NCBI GenBank assembly: GCA_963700285.1
Contig: CAVOXA010000010.1
Span: 736,001-800,000 of the forward strand
Direction: 5' to 3'
DNA from: an uncultured Chloroflexia bacterium
GTDB taxonomy: Bacteria; Chloroflexota; Anaerolineae; JAAYZQ01
DNA length: 64,000 nucleotides
The notes beneath the pieces are model-generated. The model was not told the DNA's origin, searched no databases, and was given only the letters and a program-made list of their open reading frames with translations. Positions 20,738 through 30,665 of this stretch are shown piece after piece; position 1 is the stretch's first letter, and every line of letters starts with the position of its first letter. Made by a program: the position numbers and the translations under genes.

Positions 20738-22974
20738 GGCGCCACTACCTCGATCTCGCCCAGGAAGATACGGCCGCCGCCACGGGCAGTGGTACTCGCC
20801 GCGGCCACAATGCCAAGGTTACGGACCGTATCGTACTCGTACATGCCTGCCCACAGGAGGTAGCGGCCGGGTGTTAGATCGGCAGGCAGCACCAGGTGGT
20901 GGGCGTCCGGTACCAGCTCCCCGGCCAGCCATCGCGTCGTGGGGCTAAACCCACCGCCAGGATCGCCGTCGTGCTGGGCTGGCTGACGGGTTACTGCCGC
21001 GTCAGTCATGTGTACGAAGGTCTTGTATCCCTGATCCAGGCTGCGCAGTGCCCGCCAGTAAAGTGTGACATCTAGGGTATCACCAGGGCGATAGCTCGTC
21101 TCGCCAGTCGTGAAAGCCAAAAGCTCAACCGTGTCCTCCAGGTTGGCGTTTACCAGCTGGGTAGCCCGCAGCGCGCCGTTGGGCCAGATCAAGCTAGAGA
21201 ACAAGACCACAGCCAACAACACGTAGCAAGCGGCGAGCAGTAGAGGACCGGGTCTGGACCTGGCCCCAGCCGACCGGCCAAGGGCGAACAGGCCAGCACT
21301 CGTAGCCAGAGCTGCGACCAGGGATATCAGGGTACCCCAGCGCTGCGAGGGCGTGGCACTCAATCGCAATGCGAATGAGCCGCCCCCCGCTGGCAAGTCA
21401 AAGGCAGCCAGACCCAGAACGCCTTCTGGATGACCGGCGTACGATTGCCTGCTGGCGCGCTCCGCAGCCGCCCAACCCGGATAGTAGAACTGGTGTAGGG
21501 ACACTGTAGTCTCCTGATCCGTGGTCAAGGTGAGATCATAGAGGGCATGGCCTACACCCGCGAGTATGACCTGGCCTGCGGCCAGAGGCCCCCTGTCTTG
21601 CGCTGGTTCTGCAGCAGCATGGGACAGAGCCCAACGCTGCTCCGTCACCCAGACAGGCAAATACTCCCCGGTCCAGGTCGTACCCACCTGGCCGTGGTCC
21701 CGGTCCGTCTGCCACATTGCTTCGACTGAAGAATCAGGGTACGAGGGTGTGATGGACAGTTGCCCCAGGGACCAGACCGCGGTGGCTACAACCATCGTAG
21801 CTCCCAGTACAATCCTGCCCCAATGGGACGGGCGCGTCAGGCCCTGTACCACTGCGCCGGCCAAAAAGGCAGTGGCCAGCACTGTGAGGGTCTGGAAACG
21901 CCAAGGATACTGGAGGAAAGCCAGCCCCCACTCCAGCATCCGCCAGATCGGCAGCGAGGTCACGGTCAGCATAAGGGTGGACAACAGAGCGACAGCTAGG
22001 AACAGAAGGGTCACCCAGCGTCGCGGGCCAGGACGAAAGGCTACGACAAAGGAAGCGACAATGAACAGGACCTGAAGCAATCCCAGAGGAAAAACCCGGG
22101 CCACAGTGGGGTCAGATGAGTAAGGGTAGATGGGGGACCAAGCAAGCAGGCTGGACCACGATAGGAGATGGTCTTGGTAGCCCTGGGAGGCGCCATGGCC
22201 CAGACCCACGTAGCGCGACTCGGTCAGGACCGGCAACCAGTAAAAAGCACTCACAGCCGCGGCCAGAGCCAGGGCTGCGAGCACGTGACCAATCGCTCGC
22301 CGCTCGCCCACCCTGATGATCAGGATAAGAAGATACACTGCCAGGACCGGGGCAAAGATCAAGGCCGACAGGCTGTGCGTGGTCACCAGAGCGGCCAGGG
22401 TCAGTGCAGCCAGTCCCAACCTGTAGAGTCGTGCTTCATCCCGGTTTTCGACCAGCCCGTGAAAGGCCCACAGTACCAGCGGGAACCACACAAAAGCCAG
22501 GAACTCGGCGACGGCCCCTCGTACGTAAAAGTCCGCCAGGTGGTAGGGCATGTAGGCATAGACTGCGGCAGCGACCAGCGCCGGGCCGCGGTCCAGGTGC
22601 AGCCGGGCAAAGAGAAGCATGGCCAGCGCCGAGGCTACCAAACCTGTGGCAAAGACTAGCTGCAAAGCCAGCGCAGCGTTGGCGCCCAGGAGCATGAAGG
22701 GCAGGCCCCAATAGTAACTCAATGGCCCGTAAAAGTTCAGCACAGGATGGCCATAACCGAAGGCCAGATCTGGGAACCAGCGGGGGTAGAGAACCCCGGC
22801 ACGTACAGCCCGATCCAGCGCAGCCAGCCGGTAAACATGAAAGATGCCATCATCGGAGGCAAAGAACCCGGGCCGCGCCAGGGGAATGAGCGCAGGCAGG
22901 GTCAAGGGGACAACCCACCAACCGGTTGGGACACGACCAGGTGTTTGGATTAGGGCCCTGATCCGCAGGTTCAC
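20734..22974 (-). CDS. PTPS-related/YfhO-like GT-C membrane protein
   Basis: SDDG.FH..R, YPRWFPDL.FGYG.P.LNFYGPL, RGA.AE, SAFYWLP, LQYPWRF, FYYPGW. Confidence 0.8.
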   Translation of the reverse strand: MNLRIRALIQTPGRVPTGWWVVPLTLPALIPLARPGFFASDDGIFHVYRLAALDRAVRAGVLYPRWFPDLAFGYGHPVLNFYGPLSYYWGLPFMLLGANAALALQLVFATGLVASALAMLLFARLHLDRGPALVAAAVYAYMPYHLADFYVRGAVAEFLAFVWFPLVLWAFHGLVENRDEARLYRLGLAALTLAALVTTHSLSALIFAPVLAVYLLILIIRVGERRAIGHVLAALALAAAVSAFYWLPVLTESRYVGLGHGASQGYQDHLLSWSSLLAWSPIYPYSSDPTVARVFPLGLLQVLFIVASFVVAFRPGPRRWVTLLFLAVALLSTLMLTVTSLPIWRMLEWGLAFLQYPWRFQTLTVLATAFLAGAVVQGLTRPSHWGRIVLGATMVVATAVWSLGQLSITPSYPDSSVEAMWQTDRDHGQVGTTWTGEYLPVWVTEQRWALSHAAAEPAQDRGPLAAGQVILAGVGHALYDLTLTTDQETTVSLHQFYYPGWAAAERASRQSYAGHPEGVLGLAAFDLPAGGGSFALRLSATPSQRWGTLISLVAALATSAGLFALGRSAGARSRPGPLLLAACYVLLAVVLFSSLIWPNGALRATQLVNANLEDTVELLAFTTGETSYRPGDTLDVTLYWRALRSLDQGYKTFVHMTDAAVTRQPAQHDGDPGGGFSPTTRWLAGELVPDAHHLVLPADLTPGRYLLWAGMYEYDTVRNLGIVAAASTTARGGGRIFLGEIEVVAP

Positions 22975-22980
22975 GCGGGG

Positions 22981-23009
22981 ATTATAGCACGGCCGTCACG
23001 TTGCGGCAA
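22981..23009 (-). promoter_or_regulatory. sigma70-type promoter (predicts a leaderless transcript)
   Basis: Minus strand TTGCCG-17bp-TATAAT ending 7 nt before the GTG start at 22974. Confidence 0.55.
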
Positions 23010-23189
23010 GTGCGCTGCTGGTACCTGTCAGTTGACCGAAAGGCGAGATTCGGGTATACTCCCAATAGCTCACGGGGCCGCCTCGTCCGGCTGGTGGGTA
23101 AGGGCCACCACGGTGCTGGTTGCACCTCTTTGGTCCGCTCGTTGCAGTTGCGAGGTTCGTAGCTACTACATTTTCCAAACACACGGATT

Positions 23190-24263
23190 ATGACGCTGAT
23201 CCTGGGCATTGAAACGTCGTGCGACGAAACGGCCGCGTCTGTGGTAAAAGACGGGCAGTTCATCCTCAGCAACGTCGTTGCTTCGCAAGTCGATATCCAT
23301 CGCCGCTACGGCGGCATCTTTCCCGAGGTGGCTTCTCGCCAGCACATCTTGAGTATCCTGCCAGTCATTGAAGAGGCTCTCTTTGGAGCTGACGTTGACT
23401 GGGACGACCTGGCAGCCGTAGCGGTGACCCACGGGCCGGGGCTGGCCGGCTCGCTACTCGTGGGCGTCAACGCGGCCAAGGGACTGGCCTGGGGACGTGG
23501 GTTGCCCCTCGTCGGCATCAATCACATTGAAGCACACATCTATGCCAATTGGCTCATCCGGGATGCCCCACCACCAGAATTTCCGCTGATCTGCCTGATC
23601 GTCTCCGGGGGGCACAGTGAGCTGGTCCTGATGACGGGCCATGGACAGTACCGGCGGTTGGGCGGTACACTGGACGACGCCGCTGGCGAAGCATTCGACA
23701 AGGTTGGGCGATTGCTTGAACTGCCCTATCCTGGTGGACCGGCAATCCAGAAGGCAGCTCGTGACGGCACACCATCGGCCTTCAAACTGCCCCGCGCCTG
23801 GCTGCCAGGCACCTACGACTTTAGCTTCTCAGGGCTCAAGACGGCGGTCCTGCGCATCGCGCAACAGCATCAGGCAAAATCCAGCGACCAGGCGAGCTTT
23901 AAGCCACGGGCAAGGAGTTCGCAGCATCCACCGCTCACGCGGCTGATCTCCGTCGCCAACTTGGCCGCCAGTTTCCAGGCAGCTGTGGTAGAGGTCTTGG
24001 TGGAGAAAACCCGCCATGCGGCGGAAGAATTCGAAGCCAAGGCGGTATTGATGGCTGGCGGGGTGGCAGCGAATGAGCTGTTGCGGGAAGAAATGTCAAA
24101 GCGCAACTCAATACCTGTACGCTATCCCCCCATTGGGCTATGTACCGACAATGCGGCCATGATCGCCAGCAGTGGTTTTTTCCGTTTCAAGGCAGGTGAG
24201 CGGGCGGGGTGGGAATTGGACGTGATACCCAGCCTGCACTTGATCGAGAAGGAACCCGCGTAA
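23190..24263 (+). CDS. tsaD: tRNA N6-adenosine threonylcarbamoyltransferase
   Basis: [70 protein letters not shown]. Confidence 0.97.
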   Translation: MTLILGIETSCDETAASVVKDGQFILSNVVASQVDIHRRYGGIFPEVASRQHILSILPVIEEALFGADVDWDDLAAVAVTHGPGLAGSLLVGVNAAKGLAWGRGLPLVGINHIEAHIYANWLIRDAPPPEFPLICLIVSGGHSELVLMTGHGQYRRLGGTLDDAAGEAFDKVGRLLELPYPGGPAIQKAARDGTPSAFKLPRAWLPGTYDFSFSGLKTAVLRIAQQHQAKSSDQASFKPRARSSQHPPLTRLISVANLAASFQAAVVEVLVEKTRHAAEEFEAKAVLMAGGVAANELLREEMSKRNSIPVRYPPIGLCTDNAAMIASSGFFRFKAGERAGWELDVIPSLHLIEKEPA

Positions 24264-24409
24264 GCCTACGTACCACAAAGCCTAGATTCTGAGCAATTTC
24301 GCAACGAGCATGGGCGGTGCGTGTTTTCGGTGGTGTGGCACATGCTTGATCTCTCCACTGTGAGAGCGGATTTCTCTCAATCTTCTGTGTTCGGTAGGAG
24401 AAATACAAC

Positions 24410-25918
24410 ATGAACTCTGTTGTCCTCGAATCTGCAGCGGGCAAACCTAGACACTCATGGTTGCACCCCATTAACATCGCCTTCGTCCCTGGCTCAATGA
24501 CGGCCTTGTCGGAGGAAGTTGTAGAGGGACTGCTCCAGCATGCTCGTCTCCAGGGGCATCAGGTCCAGGCTATGCCCGACGACAGCACAGATATCGTTCT
24601 GACCACCGCTGCTTTTGGTAAACCGTTGAACTGGCGCCAGGCTCTGATGCTCTCCAGCCGTCGACGCTTCAAGCTGCAGCGTACGCCAGTCGTCTACACG
24701 ATGCTACACACTGGTCCCATAGAGTTTCAGCAGTTGCTGGACCATTTCCAGGTTGCACTCTCCAAGGAGCCGCCCGACCCGTCGGACTTTGATTACCCCG
24801 GCCTTGCCCCCACGGCCTACCTGACGCTGGTTGAGCAAGGTCGTCGTGGCGGGCCGATTCTTTCTCTAGAGCGGCTACTTCAAGCTCAAGCCAAATGTAT
24901 TCGCATCCTCCTTCTGGTCGGAGATGAGCGCCCCCAGGCCGTCTACCACTTTGACCTTGTTGGCGCGTATCCTTGCAGTGAGGCAAACGACGACCTATCT
25001 GCCTTCTACGACGACATTGTCCTGCGGATCGCGACTACCGTCTCCACGGACGAGGTGACGCAACACCAGGTAGTGGGCAAGCCCATCCCTCACTCTGTCT
25101 GGCAGAGTCTTAGGACGCCTCGGGCCATGACCACGGCGGCCCGGCAGTTGGGCAAGCGCAACTTTTTCACCGAGATGGTGCGCATCGCGGACCTGGTACA
25201 TGTGCCGTCTGTCGGCGATGCAGTGGCGGAGCAGTACAGCGAGGGCTGTTTTTCTACGTGGGACTCGGATCTGGGAGCGCTTGTTGCCACGATCACGGGT
25301 AGTGCCCGCCCCGTGAAAAAGAGCGATATCACCGAAGACGATTTGGCTGTGATCGTGGGGGTTCGCCCTGATGAAAAGGGCGCCCTCGTCCGCGAGGTAG
25401 AGGGAAAACAGAATTCGCCCCCTTCTTCGGAAGCGCTGGAGATGATAGACATGGATACCGCGCTCCCAACCATCCTTCTGAAGGAGGATTGGGACTTGGC
25501 AGGTGAGGCATCCGCTGCCAAGGTACCAGTGGCCCGCTCCAAACTGCACGGCCACCGGGGCATTCGGGCCTATCGCCCGGAGTATGTTGAATTTGTGCCA
25601 CTGTATCCCCAGTATTATCACTACATTGTCTCTTGTGCGACGGGGGCGCAGGCACGGGGGATCAAAGAGGCCTTTGCCCGCTCAGCGGCTCTGCAAGATC
25701 CGGATGACCCGCGCCAGGTCGTCTTTACCGTCCTCCCCGGTCACGGCACGGTGATTGCCGAGAAATGGGCGCCAGGCAAGGCCCCATTTGAGATCATCTG
25801 GGAGTACATGGATGCTGGCTACCTTCAAGTAGACAATCGTATTCCCCAGGGTCCCATGGCCTATGATCCCGATCCTGATGGGCTCATGGTTTTCGAGCCA
25901 GCGCCAGCCAGAACGTAG
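24410..25918 (+). CDS. Hypothetical protein with C-terminal class II aldolase/adducin-like domain
   Basis: AGGAG RBS; EGCFS, TITGS, PSSE, KLHGH, LPGHG motifs. Confidence 0.6.
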   Translation: MNSVVLESAAGKPRHSWLHPINIAFVPGSMTALSEEVVEGLLQHARLQGHQVQAMPDDSTDIVLTTAAFGKPLNWRQALMLSSRRRFKLQRTPVVYTMLHTGPIEFQQLLDHFQVALSKEPPDPSDFDYPGLAPTAYLTLVEQGRRGGPILSLERLLQAQAKCIRILLLVGDERPQAVYHFDLVGAYPCSEANDDLSAFYDDIVLRIATTVSTDEVTQHQVVGKPIPHSVWQSLRTPRAMTTAARQLGKRNFFTEMVRIADLVHVPSVGDAVAEQYSEGCFSTWDSDLGALVATITGSARPVKKSDITEDDLAVIVGVRPDEKGALVREVEGKQNSPPSSEALEMIDMDTALPTILLKEDWDLAGEASAAKVPVARSKLHGHRGIRAYRPEYVEFVPLYPQYYHYIVSCATGAQARGIKEAFARSAALQDPDDPRQVVFTVLPGHGTVIAEKWAPGKAPFEIIWEYMDAGYLQVDNRIPQGPMAYDPDPDGLMVFEPAPART

Positions 25919-25935
25919 ATCAGAGAAGCAATGGG

Positions 25936-25987
25936 TTGACAAAAGAGACGAAACAAGATAAGATGGGGCGCGTACCCGACGGGGGTA
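25936..25987 (+). promoter_or_regulatory. sigma70 promoter plus CsoR/RcnR-type operator
   Basis: TTGACA(25936)-17bp-TAAGAT(25959); TACCC-GACGG-GGGTA at 25973-25987. Confidence 0.75.
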
Positions 25988-26007
25988 TCCACAACAGGGA
26001 CGCGGCC

Positions 26008-26319
26008 ATGAGCACAGAAGAGATCACAAATCGCCTCAAGCGGGTTGAAGGCCAGATCCGCGGTCTGCAGCGGATGGTTGATGATGGGCGGGATTGCGAG
26101 GCCATTCTCACCCAACTAATGGCCGCCCGAGCGGCCCTCGACCAAGTAGGATTGATTGTGGCCGATAATTTTGTGCAAGAGTGTGTACTTGCGGCCGATG
26201 CTGACATAGCTCGAGAGCGGGCGGGACGCGTGTTGTCGATGGTCTTTGCCCGATTCTCTATCCCTCTTGGAGAGGGGTATTACATCGCAGAGGAAGCCAC
26301 GTTACCGGACCAAGCGTGA
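26008..26319 (+). CDS. CsoR/RcnR/CstR-family transcriptional repressor
   Basis: NRLKRVEGQIRGLQRMV..GRDC..ILTQL.AARAAL...ECV. Confidence 0.9.
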   Translation: MSTEEITNRLKRVEGQIRGLQRMVDDGRDCEAILTQLMAARAALDQVGLIVADNFVQECVLAADADIARERAGRVLSMVFARFSIPLGEGYYIAEEATLPDQA

Positions 26320-26373
26320 CATGAAGACCTCGAGTTGTGAGACTTGGCAAAGCTTCCAAGGAGGAACGACACT

Positions 26374-26697
26374 ATGGCAAAACCGGTTGTCGTCACGGAC
26401 GACACATTTGAAGAAGCTGTACTGAAAGCAGATCTGCCCACCATCGTGGACTTTTGGGCTGTGTGGTGCGGACCCTGCAAGATGATCGCGCCAGTGCTTG
26501 AGGAGATCGCTGAAGAGTATGATGGCCAGGTCGTGATCGCCAAGCTGGACGTTGATCATAATGGCCAATCAGCCATGCAGTATGGGGTCATGAGCATCCC
26601 GACTCTCATCATCTTCAAGGATGGACAGGCCGTGGAGCGGATCGTGGGTTTCATGCCCAAGGCCAAACTACTGGCCAAGATTACGCCCCATCTTTAA
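26374..26697 (+). CDS. trxA: Thioredoxin
   Basis: [21 protein letters not shown]; AAGGAGG RBS. Confidence 0.95.
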   Translation: MAKPVVVTDDTFEEAVLKADLPTIVDFWAVWCGPCKMIAPVLEEIAEEYDGQVVIAKLDVDHNGQSAMQYGVMSIPTLIIFKDGQAVERIVGFMPKAKLLAKITPHL

Positions 26698-26788
26698 TCA
26701 AGTCGTTCGGGATTCTCGAGGTCAGGCATGTCACCTGGCCTGACGTCTCGATCACCAGGGTATCCGCGCACCGTATTGGCATTCAGTT

Positions 26789-26825
26789 CCGCCCTGGGAC
26801 ACCCTGCTCCAGGGACGGGGTTTTT
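26789..26825 (+). terminator. Probable intrinsic terminator after trxA
   Basis: CCGCCCTGG...CCAGGGACGG hairpin followed by TTTTT. Confidence 0.45.
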
Positions 26826-26863
26826 GGATGTTCGTCGCACAATCGTGCAGCACCATGCACCAT

Positions 26864-26892
26864 TTGACAAATGCCAGGGGCTGTGCTAAGAT
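26864..26892 (+). promoter_or_regulatory. sigma70 promoter of the T-box leader
   Basis: TTGACA-17bp-TAAGAT with extended TG. Confidence 0.75.
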
Positions 26893-26911
26893 TTGCTTGA
26901 GAAGTTAAAAA

Positions 26912-27275
26912 CGCAAAGGCTGAGATCAGGAGTAGTAGCTGTCAAAGCGGGGTTCAGAGAGTCGGGGTAAGGTGAGAGCCCGATACCAGCGCAGACAGTG
27001 AATGGGCCTGGGAGCTGCCCGCCGAACGCCAGCAGGTTGCGCAGTTTGAGCCGCAGGGGCAAGTAGTCGGAGCCGGAGTCGCCACCGTTATCAGGGCCGA
27101 GGGTATCGTCTGCCGTTGCTTGGTGGGCTGTGCCCGCAGAGTGAGGCTGGCATGCCTGTTTGCTATCCGCTTTCACCGGCGGATTTTTTGTTGGGCTGTA
27201 CTGGCCTAAGAGAGGTGGTACCACGGGTGTCTTTGAAAAAGGCGCTCGCCCTCAATTGAGGGCGAGCGCCTTTTA
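26912..27275 (+). ncRNA. T-box riboswitch, Trp (UGG) specifier
   Basis: AGTA, CAGAGAG and GGTGAGAGCC boxes; GAA-TGG specifier (27003-27005); CCGTTA; T-box AGAGGTGGTACCACGG (about 27211-27226); terminator AAAAGGCGCTCGCCCTCAATTGAGGGCGAGCGCCTTTT; lies upstream of trpS. Confidence 0.93.
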
Positions 27276-27328
27276 CTGTGGGATTCAAGCTTCTCTGCAA
27301 GAGGACAAGCGTACGATGGAGGGCTCGA

Positions 27329-28393
27329 ATGGAACGCAAGAGGATATTGACTGGCGACCGGCCAACTGGCAAGCTGCATCTAGGGCACTATGTGGGCAGT
27401 CTGCAGAACCGGGTGCAGTTGCAGGAAGAGTACGACTGTTTCTTTATCATCGCGGACTTGCACATGCTGACCACCCAGCCAGACAAGGCCAGCGTAGCAC
27501 AGGTCGCGCAAAATGTCCGGTACATCGTCTTGGACTATCTGGCCGCGGGCGTTGATCCCGACCGCAGTACGATCTTTGTCCAATCAGCAGTACCGGAAAC
27601 CTTCGAACTAAATTTGCTCTTTGAGATGCTGGTAACTGTTCCTCGTCTGGAACGGATTCCCAGCTTGAAAGACATGGCACGAGACGCCAACCTGGAGGCA
27701 ATGCCTCTGGGCCTGTTAGGCTACCCGGTGCTGCAGGCAGCCGATATCCTCCTGCCAAGGGCGCACCTGGTGCCGGTGGGCAGAGATAATGAGGCTCACG
27801 TCGAAGTGACGCGCGAGATAGCCCGGCGATTCAACCGGCTGTATGGTGAGGTATTTCCAGAGCCTGACGTGCTTCTGGGCGACGTTCCGGCGCTGGTGGG
27901 TACCGATGGTCAGGCCAAGATGAGTAAGAGCCGGGGCAACGCCATCAGCCTATCCGACGATGCGGATACTGTGAACAACCTGGTAATGGGCATGTACACA
28001 GATCCCCAGCGGATCCGGGCCGACATTCCTGGGCGTGTGGAGGGCAACCCCGTGTTTGTCTATCACGACGCCTTTAACGCTGACATCGACGAGGTGGCCG
28101 ATCTCAAGGAACGATATCGACAGGGCAAGGTGGGCGACGTTGAGGTCAAGCAAAAGCTAGCCCGCGCCATCAACGATTTCTTGGAGCCGTTGCGCGAGCG
28201 CCGCGCCAGCTATGAGGCCCAGTCATGGCTCGTGGATGATATCCTGGTCGACGGTGTACGGCGCACGCGGCGGATTGCCCAGGAGACGATGGGCATGGTC
28301 TATGATGCTATGGGTCTGTACGGCCCGTACCTGCTCAAAACCTACTCCATGCCAGTGCGTGGCCTGGACGTGCCTCCGCTGGCTTATTGCTAA
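27329..28393 (+). CDS. trpS: Tryptophan--tRNA ligase
   Basis: [35 protein letters not shown]. Confidence 0.97.
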   Translation: MERKRILTGDRPTGKLHLGHYVGSLQNRVQLQEEYDCFFIIADLHMLTTQPDKASVAQVAQNVRYIVLDYLAAGVDPDRSTIFVQSAVPETFELNLLFEMLVTVPRLERIPSLKDMARDANLEAMPLGLLGYPVLQAADILLPRAHLVPVGRDNEAHVEVTREIARRFNRLYGEVFPEPDVLLGDVPALVGTDGQAKMSKSRGNAISLSDDADTVNNLVMGMYTDPQRIRADIPGRVEGNPVFVYHDAFNADIDEVADLKERYRQGKVGDVEVKQKLARAINDFLEPLRERRASYEAQSWLVDDILVDGVRRTRRIAQETMGMVYDAMGLYGPYLLKTYSMPVRGLDVPPLAYC

Positions 28394-28423
28394 CAGATCA
28401 AGCTTTCCCAGGGTTGTGAGGAG

Positions 28424-29146
28424 TTGGACATGTATCTACGTCAAGTCAGGATCGACAGCTTGGAGTTTCCCACAAGCCGCAACTATCCGTTCAACATCCC
28501 TGTTATCCGGGAATCGGCGGCATTGGCTTTTCGAACTCCGGTCACGTTTTTTGTGGGCGAAAACGGCTCTGGAAAATCGACGTTGTTGGACGCCATCGCC
28601 AGAAAGTGCAGCGTCCACATCTGGGACAAGCCCAGGCGTCACCTGGCCCACAACAACCCCTTCGAGACCAAGCTGGCCAACTATGTCGACGTTGACTGGG
28701 CCAACGGCAGGGTCGCAGGCTCTCTGTTCAGGGCCGAGACATTCCATGATCTTGCCGATTTTCTCGACGATGTGGCCCTCTGTGACCCTGGCCGGCTCGA
28801 GTTCCACGGCGGCCGGATCCTGAATACACTGTCGCACGGTGAAGGGATCCTGAGCTATTTTGGCGGGCGTTTTCATGTGAAAGGACTCTACTTCCTCGAC
28901 GAACCAGAGGCCGCCCTCTCGCCTGCAAGCCAGATCAAATTCCTCGATCTATTGCAAAAGCTAGAGGCCGCCGGCCAGACCCAATTCATCATCGCTACCC
29001 ACTCGCCGCTCTTGCTGTCCTATCCCGGGGCGCAGATCTACAGCTTTGACGGGGATCGGATCGAGGAGGTCAAGCTCCACGATACCGCACACTATCAGAT
29101 CTATGCGCAGTTCTTCTCAGGCCAGGCAACGGCCCAACGCGCTTAG
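28424..29146 (+). CDS. AAA/ABC-type ATPase (COG3910-like)
   Basis: GENGSGKST, FRAE, SHGE, LDEPEAALSP, IATHSP. Confidence 0.88.
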   Translation: MDMYLRQVRIDSLEFPTSRNYPFNIPVIRESAALAFRTPVTFFVGENGSGKSTLLDAIARKCSVHIWDKPRRHLAHNNPFETKLANYVDVDWANGRVAGSLFRAETFHDLADFLDDVALCDPGRLEFHGGRILNTLSHGEGILSYFGGRFHVKGLYFLDEPEAALSPASQIKFLDLLQKLEAAGQTQFIIATHSPLLLSYPGAQIYSFDGDRIEEVKLHDTAHYQIYAQFFSGQATAQRA

Positions 29147-29232
29147 AAAGGAGGATTTCATCTATACTAGGATCGCTGTGACGTTGACTCTATGCTCTCA
29201 ATCATACCATCCATAATCAAAGGAGGAAAACG

Positions 29233-30600
29233 ATGTCTCAGTACAAGTATGTTCTAGACGAGAAGGATCTGCCGACGCAGTGGTACAACATTCTTGCTGA
29301 CATGGATCCAGGCCCGGTGCCGTACCGGCATCCAGCCACATTGGAACCCATGGTAGAACCGCCGCTTCCACCTCCGGTCTTCCCCATGGCTCTGATCGAG
29401 CAGGAGTTCAGCCGGGAACGGTACATCGATATTCCGGAGCAGGTCCAGGATGTGCTCAAGATGTGGCGCCCCAGCCCTCTCCACCGTGCGTCCCGCTGGG
29501 AGAAAGCTCTGGACACGCCGGCCAAGATCTATTTCAAGTGGGAGGGAGTTAGCCCCGCTGGCAGTCACAAGCCCAATACGGCTGTGGCCCAGGCCTACTA
29601 TGCCAAGGAGGAAGGACTGAAGGGTCTTGCTACCGAGACCGGAGCCGGCCAATGGGGCAGCGCCCTGTCCTTCGCTGCTCAACTGTTTGGGCTCGAGTGC
29701 AAGGTCTTTATGGTTACCATCAGCTATCACCAGAAGCCCTATCGCCGCATCCTGATGGAGACCTGGGGCGGCCGGGTTGTGCCCAGTCCCAGTACCGAGA
29801 CCAATGCCGGACGCGCTATTCTGGAAGCCGATCCAGAAAGCACAGGCAGCCTGGGCATCGCCATCAGCGAGGCGCTCGAATACGCCATGACCCACGACGG
29901 ATACAAGTACTCCCTGGGCAGCGTGGTCAACTTTGTCCTGCTGCACCAGACAGTTATCGGCCAGGAGGCCCGGGTACAGATGGAGATGGCCGGGGACTAT
30001 CCCGACATTGTCATCGGCTGTGCCGGTGGTGGCAGCAACGCCGCGGGCATCATCTTCCCCTTCATGAAGGACAAACTGCAGGGGACCAAGCCTGACTTGC
30101 GCGCCATCTTTGTCGAGTCTACTGCCTGTCCCAGCATGACCCGCGGCGTCTACGCCTACGACTGGGGGGACACAGCCAAGACCGGACCGGTGGCCCTGAT
30201 GCACACCGTCGGACATGGATTCATCCCCGCCCCGGTGCACGCCGGCGGCCTGCGCTACCACGGCATGGCGCCTATTATCTGTGCCTTGCTGGATCAGGGA
30301 AAGGCAGAAGCCCGTGCCTATCACCAGAATGCTTGCTTCGACGCAGTCATGAGTTTCACCGGGGCAGAGGGCTATGTCCTGGCCCCCGAGACAGCCCATG
30401 CGGTGAAGGCGGTATACGACGAGGCGATGGCCTGCAAAGAGTCGGGTGAATCCAAAGTCATCCTCTTCAACGCCAGCGGTCACGGCCACTTTGACCTGGC
30501 CGCCTACGATGCCTACTTTAGGGAGGAATTGCCTGACTACCAGCTTGAGCAAGCACGCATCGAAGAGTCCCTCGCCGATCTACCCGAGATCTCGGACTAG
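29233..30600 (+). CDS. trpB2: TrpB-like PLP enzyme (tryptophan synthase beta chain 2)
   Basis: SPAGSHKPNTAVAQAYY, TETGAGQWG, GGGSN, HAGGLRYHG, SGHGHFD; no trpA adjacent. Confidence 0.93.
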   Translation: MSQYKYVLDEKDLPTQWYNILADMDPGPVPYRHPATLEPMVEPPLPPPVFPMALIEQEFSRERYIDIPEQVQDVLKMWRPSPLHRASRWEKALDTPAKIYFKWEGVSPAGSHKPNTAVAQAYYAKEEGLKGLATETGAGQWGSALSFAAQLFGLECKVFMVTISYHQKPYRRILMETWGGRVVPSPSTETNAGRAILEADPESTGSLGIAISEALEYAMTHDGYKYSLGSVVNFVLLHQTVIGQEARVQMEMAGDYPDIVIGCAGGGSNAAGIIFPFMKDKLQGTKPDLRAIFVESTACPSMTRGVYAYDWGDTAKTGPVALMHTVGHGFIPAPVHAGGLRYHGMAPIICALLDQGKAEARAYHQNACFDAVMSFTGAEGYVLAPETAHAVKAVYDEAMACKESGESKVILFNASGHGHFDLAAYDAYFREELPDYQLEQARIEESLADLPEISD

Positions 30601-30630
30601 AATGGGTAGAAACTAGAACGGCTAGAACAA

Positions 30631-30665
30631 AGGCACGAGGGGGCAATGGTCAACCCCTCGTGCCT
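30631..30665. terminator. Hairpin between convergent genes
   Basis: AGGCACGAGGGG...CCCCTCGTGCCT. Confidence 0.65.

Noticed and set aside
26700-26830. Hairpins after trxA as SRP RNA or 6S RNA
   Set aside because: No SRP CAGG-CCGGAAGG-AGCAG core and no 6S-like rod; explained as terminator-type hairpins
29254-30552. 432-aa minus-strand ORF
   Set aside because: Antisense shadow of trpB2 caused by high-GC codon bias; no motifs
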